DNA of 64,000 bases, from NCBI RefSeq assembly GCF_947568905.1, contig NC_079166.1:92318001-92382000 (forward strand), read 5' to 3'. The notes below the pieces were generated by a model that saw only the letters and a program-made list of their open reading frames with translations, was not told the origin of the DNA and made no database searches. Of this stretch, positions 49,930 to 60,390 are shown in pieces. Within the stretch, counting starts at the first letter, position 1, and each line of letters begins with the position of its first letter. The stretch comes from Ostrea edulis. Its lineage: Eukaryota. A program made the translations under genes and the position numbers.

Positions 49930-50703
49930 TCTTGATTATCGAAAACATTTACAGAGCCAATTTGAGTATTCAAAAGCTTTGACAATACATTAGTATTTAG
50001 GACTAAGTATTAACGATGACGTTTTGTCTATTAACAATGATAGCTTTCATTCATATGTCGATTTGATATATCCCTGTGAGCTCGAAATAAAGGACACCAC
50101 AGAGTCGTCCACTTCTGCTTCATACTTAGATATTTTATTGAAAGTAGACATTAACGGCAAACTAACAACTCAACTGTATGACAAACGGGATGATTTCAGC
50201 TTCTCCATCGTTAACTTCCCACATTTATGTAGCAATATTCCATTATCACCTGCATATGGTGTTTATATATCTCAACTGATTCGATATGCAAGAGCTTGTT
50301 CTGGGTATAGTCAGTTTTTAAATCGAGGTAAGCTACTGACAAACAAGTTGATGGTACAGGGATTTCAACAGTCTCGATTGAAGTCAGCATTTCGCAAATT
50401 CTATGGTCGTTATAACGATCTGGTTCGTCAATACAACCTCGCATTGGGTCAAATGCTGTCTGACGTGTTTCATACCGATTGTTAAGCCGTTCTTGGCACA
50501 CTGATTTTGACTGCGGATAACTCCGTTTACCTGATCAGGATATGGGGCTCACGACGGGTGTGACCGGTCAACAGGGGATACTTACTCCTCCTAGGCACCT
50601 AATCCCGCCTGTGTGTCCAGGGGTCCGTGTTTGCCCAACTATCTATTTTGTATTGCTTGTAGGAGTTATGAGATTGATCACTGTTCGTTATCTTCACCTT
50701 GCA
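49930..50703 (+). mobile_element. 5'-truncated Naiad-type Penelope-like element: RT C-terminus plus 3' UTR
   Basis: ORF 50024-50485 (..DDVLSINN..LDILL..TTQLYDKRDDFSFSIVNFPHLCSNIPLSPAYGVYISQLIRYARACS..DVFHTDC*) ends without a C-terminal GIY-YIG endonuclease, as expected for N-terminal-EN Naiad PLEs. Confidence 0.85.
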
Positions 50704-51984
50704 TTAAGAAATACTTTTTTTCCAGATTTCTGTGCATTATCTTATACACGCCTGATGTGAAGTTCCAGTCGATAGACAGATATTGGTCAACGCATGCCCC
50801 TGTCGGAACAACTCGTTATCAAGAATTATGTCTCGAAATAGGTTTCAAGAGGTTGAATATAAGAACATTTTTGTTAAATATGATGCAAGTACATTTAAAT
50901 CTAGTGATTGAAAGTAAGTACTTGAACATTCGTTTATGTTGAACTTGGAGAGGAAAAATGGTTAGTACTTTTTGATAACATTTGATAAGGTGTTGTTGCT
51001 TAGCAACCAAATATAATTGAATAAAAATAGATTATTTTAGATTAACAATAATTGAAAGATCTTTGTTTTAATGTTGCAATACTTATTATATTTAATGGAA
51101 CATAATGGCAAAACGTCATATTATTAGAAAATGATGGACAAGTATATAAAGTATGAAGGTTCCATTTGATGACCTTTGATCTTAATTCTCTTGATTATAT
51201 TTTTTGTTAAAAACCTTTTAAAATGATTAAGATCTATTTAAAGATTAGATTTTTAAAATAATGTGACATTTACTAATCATCATGGATTGTAATCACGTTT
51301 AAATTGTGTCGAATGGATGCAGAAAGGCAAATTATGGTCAAAATTGTACTATGAGTGTTGTTACTTAGCAACCAAAAATATTTGTTTGTCAATAAAATTG
51401 ATTAATTTGATTTTGTTCTTTTTGTAGTATATTAAAAGGCACATCAGCTCATACATTTAGAATTTCCTATTTTTGACTCTAATCTAGTGAGAGGGGTCGT
51501 AATATATATATTTCAGAGAAAAAAGATTGCAAAAATGTGCACTTATATGACCTTTGACCCCGTAGACGTCTTTGAGGTCATGGGATACATTGACAAATTT
51601 TATAAGAAAGTGTTCCCTATCCAATTCCTAACAAAATTATATGTCATATGCCTACTCCAAATCATGATCCATGCAGATTTAAATCGATTTAAAAATGCTG
51701 TCATTTAGTCTTTAAAAACCTCTAAAATGTGCCGGTAGAGAAAGGGTTAATGTTCAGCTTGGAAACCTTTCGAAATCATTAAGAGAAAAGGAGAATGAGC
51801 TGCGTTCTTTACAACAGCAATACAAAATCCTTTATCAGACGCACATGTCACCTCAGTCCAAGGTAAGATGCGATGTATTCATTCATTTCTTTAAAAAATG
51901 AATCCACATTATTATACATCAAACATTGAGACCTATTCCTGTTAAACATGTTATTATTACTTGGTAAACTGCTGTACTTTTAGA

Positions 51985-52833
51985 TAGTGGTGTTCCAATC
52001 ATCGATTATAATCGAAAATCAGTCGATTGTTGGCAAATTCTAAGCGCTCGATTATGAAAATTTTATTCCAATTAATCGGTTTTTAGATTTTGTTTTCTCA
52101 ACGACTGTAGTTTTTGAAGAATATTCCTGCCGTGACCTATCTAGTAACCTAAAAGGTTTGTTTATCATAATGGCGGCGCACTCGAAAGCGAAAGTATCCA
52201 TACACGGGGAATAAAGCATGTTCACGTTGGTCAGATACTGAGATAGACGTACTTTGATTCAGGCATATAAACGAAGGACCATTATCAAAGAGAATCTTGA
52301 TACTACATGCAGCAAAGCCATGTGGGAATTACGCATATAAAAATTTCAAAGGCCACTGTTACTCTGCACGTGCGGATCGTGTTTTCAATTGGTGACAATA
52401 AATCTCTTAATTTATCTGTTTTAATTTTGTTCGTAATAAAATGAATTTCTTTCCTCATTTTGCTTTGCTTTGCTGAACGTTAGGCCCTTATTATATTTTA
52501 ATTCAGCCGGATCATCGTCAGTTAATGACATTTAACTTTGATATACGGACCGGAACTGAAGCAAACGATATCTGGTTTTTTTTTTGGCGACTTTTATATA
52601 TGCAATTAAAAGAATTTAAAAAAATACAGACAGAAGATATTCACTTACACTCTCTCAGCTATGGAAACAACGAATATAAACGTAAAAAATATTTATTTAC
52701 ACTTTTGTAGTACTTATCTACTTAAATTACTTTAATTATTATAGAATTTCTCTATGTCCGATTATAATCGATAATTAGTTAGTTACAGTAAACCAATCAT
52801 CGATTGTAAAATTCACACCGATTCCCATCACTA
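51985..52833. mobile_element. hAT-type MITE, 849 bp
   Basis: Perfect 8-bp TSD CTTTTAGA (51977-51984 and 52834-52841); TAGTG.TG ... CA.CACTA termini; ATCGATTATAATCG-like motifs near both ends. Confidence 0.88.
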
Positions 52834-52990
52834 CTTTTAGATAATAGAATAGGAAACAAAGACCATTAACATGGCCATGCAACGGGCTTCTTCAGTAGAA
52901 ATAACTGCAGTTTCAGAGCAGCGAATTGTTCCATAAGAAACTAAAATCACCATGTCTGCCCAGACGAAATGGACGAAATCAGACAACTTC

Positions 52991-53230
52991 GCTCTAAGTA
53001 TGTATTTTGATAATTGTTCTACTGGCTCTAAGTATGTATTTTGATAATTGTTCTACTGGCTCTAAGTATGTATTTTGATAATTGTTCTACTGGCTCTAAG
53101 TATGTATTTTAATCATTGTTCTACTGGCTCTAAGTAGGTATTGTGATAATTGTTCTGCTGGCTCTAAGTATGTATTTTGATAATTGTTCTGCTGGCTCTA
53201 AGTATGTATTTTGATAATTGTTCTACTGGC
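52991..53230 (+). repeat. 34-bp tandem repeat (about 7 copies) spanning a splice donor
   Basis: Unit GCTCTAAGTATGTATTTTGATAATTGTTCTACTG starting at 52991, 53025 and onward; the first copy holds the donor at 52998. Confidence 0.95.
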
Positions 53231-53375
53231 AATACTATTATTACGCTGGTTAATATCGTCTTCTTCATGAAAGTTTTTATTGCAATGCCATAATTGTTAA
53301 TGGAATTCTATCGTTTTGCCATGTTCTCTGTCATCTTATATTGACTGTAGTACACTCATGCTTCATGATGAGACT

Positions 53376-53715
53376 AGATGTGGTAGTTCAGTGTCAGAGC
53401 ATTTGCTTTGTAACCGGGATGTTGTAAGTTCGAGTCCCGTGATGCCATGGTTGCGTCAAACCTAATGCGTAAACATAGGTAGTGATTGATCCTTAGCCAA
53501 ACGTTTGGCATTTAGAGGTGAGAAGCATGGGTCTTTCTGATATGACCTTTATAACATAGGTCCCGTCTCGTGGCAGGCATTGGCAAGTTAAAAGAACTCC
53601 CACTCCTACAACCCTGCGTGTTAAGCATAGGTCTAAATTAGTGATACTTCACCTACAACTGATGGCGTCTCAATATGAGTGAAACATTCTTGATGGGATG
53701 TAAAACAAACAATGA
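53376..53715 (+). mobile_element. Diverged full-length tRNA-headed SINE related to the copy at 5497
   Basis: B box AGTTCGAGTCCC, ATAGGTAGTGA...GCCAAACG.TTGGCATTTAGA body, same tail. Confidence 0.75.
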
Positions 53716-54737
53716 AACATTCTTCTCGAATATATCCATTAATTCATATTTATGTTAATCATTTTAGTGATTGAATTTCACGTTATGTAGCTACATGTAT
53801 GATTATGACTTAAATTGTAACTCTACCATCATTGAATTTTGATCTGGCATCCATTATATATAGATTGCAGGAGACGGAGCTAACTCGGGAACAACTACAC
53901 ATCCAGCACCACGCCCTGGAGAAGGCACTGCAGGTGGAGAGGGAACAACGACTCCAGCTGGAGGAGGCCCTGAACACTATGCAGGAGCAGGCCCGGCTTG
54001 TAGCAGAAAACAAGCAGGTAATGGCACTTTTGTGTAATGTATTCATGACGAGTAATACTATTATTGTGGACCGAAACATTAATCAATCTGAAACGCCTCT
54101 TTGTTTCAAAAATCTTCTGTTTTGATTGTCATATATGAATTATTATATGATGAATTTTGATTTCAATTGAAATTGTTATTCATGAAATATACTCGGGGGG
54201 GGGGGGGGGGGGGATGTCAGGATAAGCCATATTTTGACCAAAGAATTGTTGGTTTAAAATGTTCTCTATAAAAGGAATATTATTATTGGAGAAAGAGAAA
54301 GAGTTGATTTGCCAGATGTATACTCTCTAAACAATCACATCAAGGGAAAGTAAGAGATGTCGATCTTTATCATAAGTGACATTATGTTTTAGTTGCTCAC
54401 AGTTTAATTTAATGTATTGCACACTCTATTTTTAGAAATGTTTGTTAATAAGTGATCACTTTTCTTTAGATCAATCTCCAAATTGAAGATGATGAGGAGG
54501 AGATAATCCTAGAAGCAAGTCCCATGCTGAGTAAGTGGTTTATATCATTTCTATAGTAACCTCAAACCTTGTAACTTCATTGTTAGATAGTCCCAACATC
54601 TGCTAAGCATAGATACAATGCTGACTATTGAACAATGTCAACTTTTACTATTAGTTTTTGTCATGACGTCGTGGGCTCTGACCTGAGACAGGATCTCAGT
54701 CTTTATCTGTTTTGTCATTTAGTCATGATTACAGATA

Positions 54738-55893
54738 ATCTATTTAACGTTGTAAAGTGTTGGCGTACTAGGAACAGATACACTATTTAATGTTGTAAAA
54801 CTTAGGCTAGGAACATATACGCTATTTAACATTGTAATATTTAGGCAGACTAGGAACAGATAAACAATTTAACATTGTAAGATTTATGCTGGGAACATAT
54901 AAACTATTTAACGTTGTAAAACTTAGGCTAAAAACATACACACTATTTAAAGTAATAAGGTTTAGGCTAGTAACAATAAACTATTTAACATTGTAAGGTT
55001 TAGTCAGACTAGGAACAGATAAACTATTTAACGTTGTAATGTTTAGTCAGACTAGGAACAGATAAACTATTTAACGTTGTAATGTTTAGGCGGACTAGGA
55101 ACAGATAAACTATTTAAGTTGTAAGATTTAGGCTAGGAACATATAAACTATTTAACGCTGTAAGGTTTAGGCGGACTAGGAACAGATAAACTATTTAACG
55201 TTGTAAGGTTTAGGCAAGCTAGAAACAGATAAACTATTTAACGTTGTAAGGTTTAGACTAGGAACTTATAAACTATTTAACGTTGTAATAGGTAGGCTAG
55301 GAACAGATAAACTATTTAACGTTGTAAGGTTTAGGCGGACTAGAAACATATAAACTATTTAACGTTGTAATGTTTAGGCGGACTAGAAACATGTAAACTA
55401 TTTAACGTTGTAAGGTTTAGGCTAGGAATAGATAAACTATTTAACATTGTAAGGTTTAGGCGAGCTAGAAACAGATAAACTATTTAACGTTGTAAGGTTT
55501 AGGCGGACTAGGAACAGATAAACTATTTAACGTTGTAATGTTTAGGCGGACTAAAAACAGATAAACTATTTAACGTTGTAAGGTTTAGGCGGACTAGAAA
55601 CATATAAACTATTTAACGTTGTAAGGTTTAGGCGGACTAAAAACAGATACACTATTTAACGTTGTAAGGTTTAGGTGGACTAGAAACATATAAACTATAT
55701 AACGTTGTAAGGTTTAGGCGGACAAGGAACAGATAAACTATTTAACGTTGTAATGTTTAGGCGGACTAAAAACAGATACACTATTTAACGTTGTAAGGTT
55801 TAGGCTAGGAATAGATAAACTATTTAACGCTGTAAGGTTTAGTCGGACTAGGAACAGTTAAACTATTTAACGTTGTATGTTTAGGCGGGCTAG
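54738..55893. repeat. Intronic minisatellite of mixed 43-bp and 39-bp units (about 27 copies)
   Basis: AACTATTTAACGTTGTAAGGTTTAGG(CGGA)CTAGGAACAGATA. Confidence 0.93.
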
Positions 55894-56079
55894 AAACATG
55901 AAACCGAAAGGTCCCAGGTGCTAACTAAAGAAAATTATAATATGTGCATTACACTAAAGTTTTGTTGATTTATTCCTGTAGTGCATAATAAAGTATCACA
56001 TATTAAGGTATATCCCATAATAATGACCGTGCCATTCCTTTGATCTTTGCAATAACCATGGTAGAAAGTAACATTATAT

Positions 56080-56600
56080 AAATATTGCATGTATTTGAGG
56101 GTAACATTGAAAATTTTCACCCCGAGAAAACCATTGTCAACCGAGGCGTAGCCGAGGTTGACAATGGTTTCTCGAGGGGTGAAAATTTCAATGCTACCCT
56201 CAACTACATGCAATATTTGTTTTATTATACTGAATGTTATGTAAACTGGAAAGCAGAAAAACTTACGTCTGTTGACATTTGATCAATCACTGTCGTGCGA
56301 TATTTCGTATTTCGATGCGGGTACTCGCGTTTATTACAAACGCTCAAACGACGTCGTCTAGCAATCTACGGTGAACCGTACGCGCATAAATTTGATGCAT
56401 GTGATATTTTTTTATAATATCACCCGTTGTCAAGTACTGTTACCCGTTGCTAGATACTATCACCCTTGGTCGCGTGTTTTCTGTTCTCAGAGGGTAACAA
56501 TATGTTTTTTCAAATGCTTCTCGACCAATCAGGTTCGAGTATTTTACATGAAAGTATAATAAAATGTTTTGTTAAATATTCTTGTATTGCATAATTAGTT
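56080..56600. mobile_element. Non-autonomous element with a 139-bp near-perfect hairpin (Crypton-like, tentative)
   Basis: 63-nt arms at 56080-56142 and 56156-56218 around GAGGCGTAGCCGA. Family assignment is recall only. Confidence 0.5.
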
Positions 56601-56980
56601 ATTACGTATTTCTTTCATCTTTGTAATAACCGTGATAGAATGTAATGAAATGCGTTGTTGATTTCTTCCTGTAGTGCGTAGTGAGGCTGGTTATGGACAG
56701 ATGGTGTGGAATTGGCTTAGAGTGCGTCGGTAAGTGGATTATTCACATTATGCTTTTGATACCGTATGTTTTTACAGCATTATTTACTTTGCCATGTTCT
56801 AGGTGATAAACAGTATAAGCCGTATGGGAATATATCCGTTGAATTATTGATGTGGATTTTATATACAATCACGAAATTTTAAAATATTTTTTTATTGGGA
56901 TGGGTTGGGATGGACACACATAACATTGCTGCGGATGTTCCTTTCTAGCAATGTATGTATATAGAGGTATTAGTATGTAT

Positions 56981-57225
56981 GGGGCCTCCGTGGCTGAGTG
57001 GTTAGAGCATCGCGCTCAAAATCACACGGCTCTAACCTATGGTCGGCTCGAGTTCAAATCCCGCTCGCGCCGGTAAGTAGGATAGTTTCCCAGTTTACTT
57101 TCGGAAGGTCGGTGGTCTCTTCCCATGTACAGTGTGTCTGGGGTATATCTTCTACCAATAAAAACAGGGCGCCACCAGATAATTGAGAATTTGATTAGTG
57201 TTTCGGGAAAACAGCTAAACAATAC
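56981..57225 (+). mobile_element. tRNA-headed SINE (V-SINE-like), sister of the 48429 copy
   Basis: A box TGGCTGAGTGG, B-box-like GAGTTCAAATCCC, shared body CGCGCCGGTAAGT...CCCAGTTTACTTTCG. Confidence 0.8.
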
Positions 57226-57762
57226 AATATATGGCATAGTGTATATGAACAGGTATGACTGTAATTGTTGGGTTTTGTAGCTTTGTGTTGGGTGGTTGTA
57301 GTGTCACGTTGTAATGTGTGTACTTCAGGGAATACATCTGCTTTTCCAGTCGAACTTTGAATCGCTTGATGCGCATGCGCCCAGGAATCCGGAAGATAAT
57401 ATGGGGTTACTTTCTCCTGCTTCACCTGCTGGTCATTGGATTCTTGTTTGGACTTTTATAACGTACCTTTTCACATATATGTCCAGAGAGAGCAGTTATC
57501 CATTTCTTGTGAAAAACCAATTTAAATGTTCATTTTAATCATGCTTTGTCGCATTAGCGGTCGTGCAATCAAATATACCTTATGTTGTTTACTTTTTGAG
57601 TGAATGAATGAATGCACGAATTCTGTAACAACATGCAATGTATAATGAATAGTGTATGCTGCGATATTGTGATTCTGTATAAGATTGTGTGTAGCTCACA
57701 ATTTTTAAAATTATATAATGCTTATTTGTGTATATATGTAGATAAGAGGACATAAATAAATT

Positions 57763-58238
57763 GTATAGTACGTTGTATACTATAGAGAATCATGAGATGA
57801 TTCATCACACTTCAATATTTATAAGAACACTGTATAGTACGTTGTAGATTATAGAGAATCATGAGATGATTCATCACACTTCAATATTTATAAGAACATT
57901 GTATAGTACGTTGTAGACTGTAGAGAATCATGAGATGATTCATCACACTTCAATATTTATAAGAACATTGTATAGTACGTTGTAGACTATAGAGAATCAT
58001 GAGATGATTCATCACACTTCAATATTTATAAGAACATTGTATAGTACGTTGTAGACTATAGAGAATCATGAGATGATTCATCACACTTCAATATTTATAA
58101 GAACATTGTATAGTACGTTGTAGACTATAGAGATTCATGAGATGATTCATCACACTTCAATATTTATAAGAACATTGTATAGTGTGTTGTAGACTGTAGC
58201 GAATCATGAGATGACTGATCTCACTTCAATATTTATAT
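57763..58238. repeat. 69-bp tandem repeat (about 7 copies) downstream of the giantin-like stop codon
   Basis: GTATAG starts at 57763, 57832, 57901 and onward; unit GTATAGTACGTTGTAGACTATAGAGAATCATGAGATGATTCATCACACTTCAATATTTATAAGAACATT. Confidence 0.95.
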
Positions 58239-58764
58239 GAGCGTTGGGACACTACCTGTCAATAGTATTTGTTATACAGTGTCCTTAATAATTGCCACTC
58301 CGTGTTTATGCATTTGTTGTGATGGGAGGAGTATTGTTCTTCCTCAACATTCCGTCTATATTAATTGTAAATAATATTTTAAACGAAGTAAGGCAATTAA
58401 GTTTTATGCATTAATGATGTAAATGTTTATTTTGCATTATGTTGTTACTGATGTATTGCCATTACAAGTGTCGTTTAGGAGAGACTTTTGTGATTTGATA
58501 CATAAAAACTGTGGATGATACATACCATGAGAGGCCCATGATTAAAATTATTTTTCGAGTAAAACATTGCTTATTTCTTTACTAATGACTTCTAGTAAAA
58601 CCTATTGCTTATTTCTTTACTAATGAATGTGTTGAGGAGATCGAAGTCATCTTCATACAATTCCGTTTCCCCCATATGATTTCGATTTAAACCTTATTTT
58701 GTCATCAGTAACTTTAGGTAAGGAGGCTACAAGTATGTTGTAGTCTTTCACTGAAATTTGTCTG

Positions 58765-58975
58765 TAACTATGGACAACATTTACATGTAAGCTAGGTTTG
58801 ATAACTGGTGATATGCCTATACACTGAAGTTTGTGTGTAACTGTGGACAACATTTACATGTAAGCTAGGTTTGATAACTGGTGGTATAACTATACATTGA
58901 AGTTCGTGTGTAGCTGTGACAACATTTACATGTACGGTAGGTTTGATAACTGGTGGTATACCTAAACATTGAGAA
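58765..58975. repeat. ~73-bp tandem repeat (about 3 copies)
   Basis: Recurrent GACAACATTTACATGTAAGCTAGGTTTGATAACTGGTG. Confidence 0.85.
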
Positions 58976-59321
58976 GCCACTGTGACAATCACTAGCGTTT
59001 GTGAAAATGGGTCACCTCAAATTCGCTATGATGACGTACCGACCTTCGTGTCCAGTTCGATCCGGGTTAGAATACAGATGAAATCCTCTTCATGCAGCTT
59101 TATTATTCTGATAAGGAAGATGATTGATGTTTTTGCTGTTTTGGGATAATTTCATATAACGAAGAGGGATGGCCGTCTGTGACCTTAGCTAAGGAGGCTA
59201 CATTTTTGTTTTTCTCTGTGACACTGACCAGCGTGTACGAAAAATCGGTCACCTCAAAATTAAGTCTTGAGACGTACTGACCTTTATAATTAAGCAGGCT
59301 AGTGGAGGTTAGTGGAAAAAA

Positions 59322-60390
59322 TACAAGAGGCCCAAGGGCCTAGAATCGCTCTTCTGATAAATTGTACAACCCCACCATTTCTATTCTTAGCCTCTTAGTA
59401 TTCTAAATCTTTAGTTAAATCCTAAGAATTCAAAAAAAGTTGGTCAATGTGACCTACTTTTTGGTTTACACATTTTGAGAATCCAAGAAATATCAACTGA
59501 CAAAATTTGATGATTTTAAGCCAATTAGTATCTGAATATTGAAATATAGCTGTCAAATTCCAATCGTAGGTCATGGTGACCTACTTTTTGGTCAGCGACC
59601 TCCGAACATGCAAGACCCATCAACTGACAAAGTTTGATGACTGTAGGTCAAATAGTATCTGAAATATATAAATATGGCCATCAAATTCAAAAAGTAGGTC
59701 AAGTTGACCTACTTTTTGGTCGAAACTCTTCGAACATGCAAGACCCAACAACTGACAAAGTTTGAGTTTGATGACTGTAGGCCAAATAGTATCTGAAATA
59801 TATAAATATAGCAGTCCAATTCCAAAAGTAGGTCAAGGTGACCTACTTTTTGGTCGACACACTCCGTAAACTCAAGATGCATCAACTGTCAAAGTTTGAT
59901 GATTGTAGGTCAATTAGTGACTGAAATATATAAATAGAACTGTCAAATGCCAAAAGTAGGTCACAGTGACCTACTTTTTGGTCGATACACTCCGAAGACT
60001 CAAGATGCATCAACTGACAAAGTTTGATGATTGTAGGTCAAATAGTGTGTGAAATATAGTAATTTAGACTGAAGACGCATCAACTGACAAAGTTTGATGA
60101 TCCTAGGTTTTACAGTGCCCAAAATATGCATCTAAAATTGAAAATGTGAAATTTGAATATCTGCAAAATTCAAAAAGTAGGTCACTGTGACCTACTTTTT
60201 TATAGATATGTTTCAAGGCCTCAAGATGCATCAACGTACAAGATTTGATGATTCTAAACCTCTCGGTATTTGAAATAACAACTTAAAATATATCTATAAA
60301 TGATAAGCCATAAAATTCAGAAAGTAGGTCACGGTGACCTATTTTTCAGTTGACGCATTTCAAGGTCCCATGACGCGTGTGACTTAAGGT
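59322..60390 (+). mobile_element. Helentron/HINE-like non-autonomous element carrying a ~128-bp internal satellite
   Basis: Starts ACAAGAGGCCCAAGGGCC..ATCGCTC, resembling oyster HINE left ends (recalled). Monomer palindromes at 59441, 59568, 59696, 59830, 59958, 60179, 60326. No intact 3' hairpin seen. Confidence 0.65.

Larger units (their letters stand above)
47663..50851 (+). pseudogene. Intron-containing piggyBac transposase, N-terminal part only, decayed
   Basis: Exons 47663-47742, 49109-49277, 49554-49734, 50726-~50851 give MSKEEDALDPLLQDD...HWKD..F.SG*QPGFQL|IWD..DFMKLSLTEDLVFSICVATNHYAE..QPLTEEELYR|FLCIILY..VKFQSIDRYWST..SRIMSRNRFQE. One stop and two frameshifts; no catalytic DDD core seen. 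Confidence 0.85.
46510..51746 (+). mobile_element. piggyBac-superfamily transposon, 5237 bp, non-autonomous
   Basis: TTAA at 46506-46509 and 51747-51750; perfect 14-bp TIR CCCTTTCTCTACCG / CGGTAGAGAAAGGG; subterminal palindrome TATCGGTCA-ATA-TGACCGATA at 46524-46544; internal transposase fragments. Confidence 0.95.
30051..57461 (+). pseudogene. GOLGB1: Giantin / golgin subfamily B member 1-like pseudogene, 5'-truncated
   Basis: Exons: ~30051-33914, 34884-~39838, 41011-46339, 46475-46509 joined to 51751-51862 (split by piggyBac), 52841-52997, 53864-54017, 54470-54530, 56675-56729, 57329-57461. Long E/K/Q/L coiled coil ending WNWLRVRREYICFSSRTLNRLMRMRPGIRKIIWGYFLLLHLLVIGFLFGLL*, a tail anchor with the Y...H typical of TM golgins. 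In-frame stops at, for example, 31156, 33753, 41947, 42826, ~42922, 44246, plus many frameshifts. Confidence 0.8.

Noticed and set aside
50540-50625. HDV-like ribozyme in the Penelope-like 3' UTR (GGGTG/CACCT, GGGGAT/ATCCC, CTTA/TAGG pairings)
   Set aside because: A P1/P2/P3-like pseudoknot can be drawn, but there is no P4 or J4/2 strand with a catalytic C, so it cannot be called a ribozyme.
54738-55893. Interstitial telomeric repeat (TTTAGG in each unit)
   Set aside because: There is only one hexamer per 39-43-bp unit and no (TTAGGG)n run.
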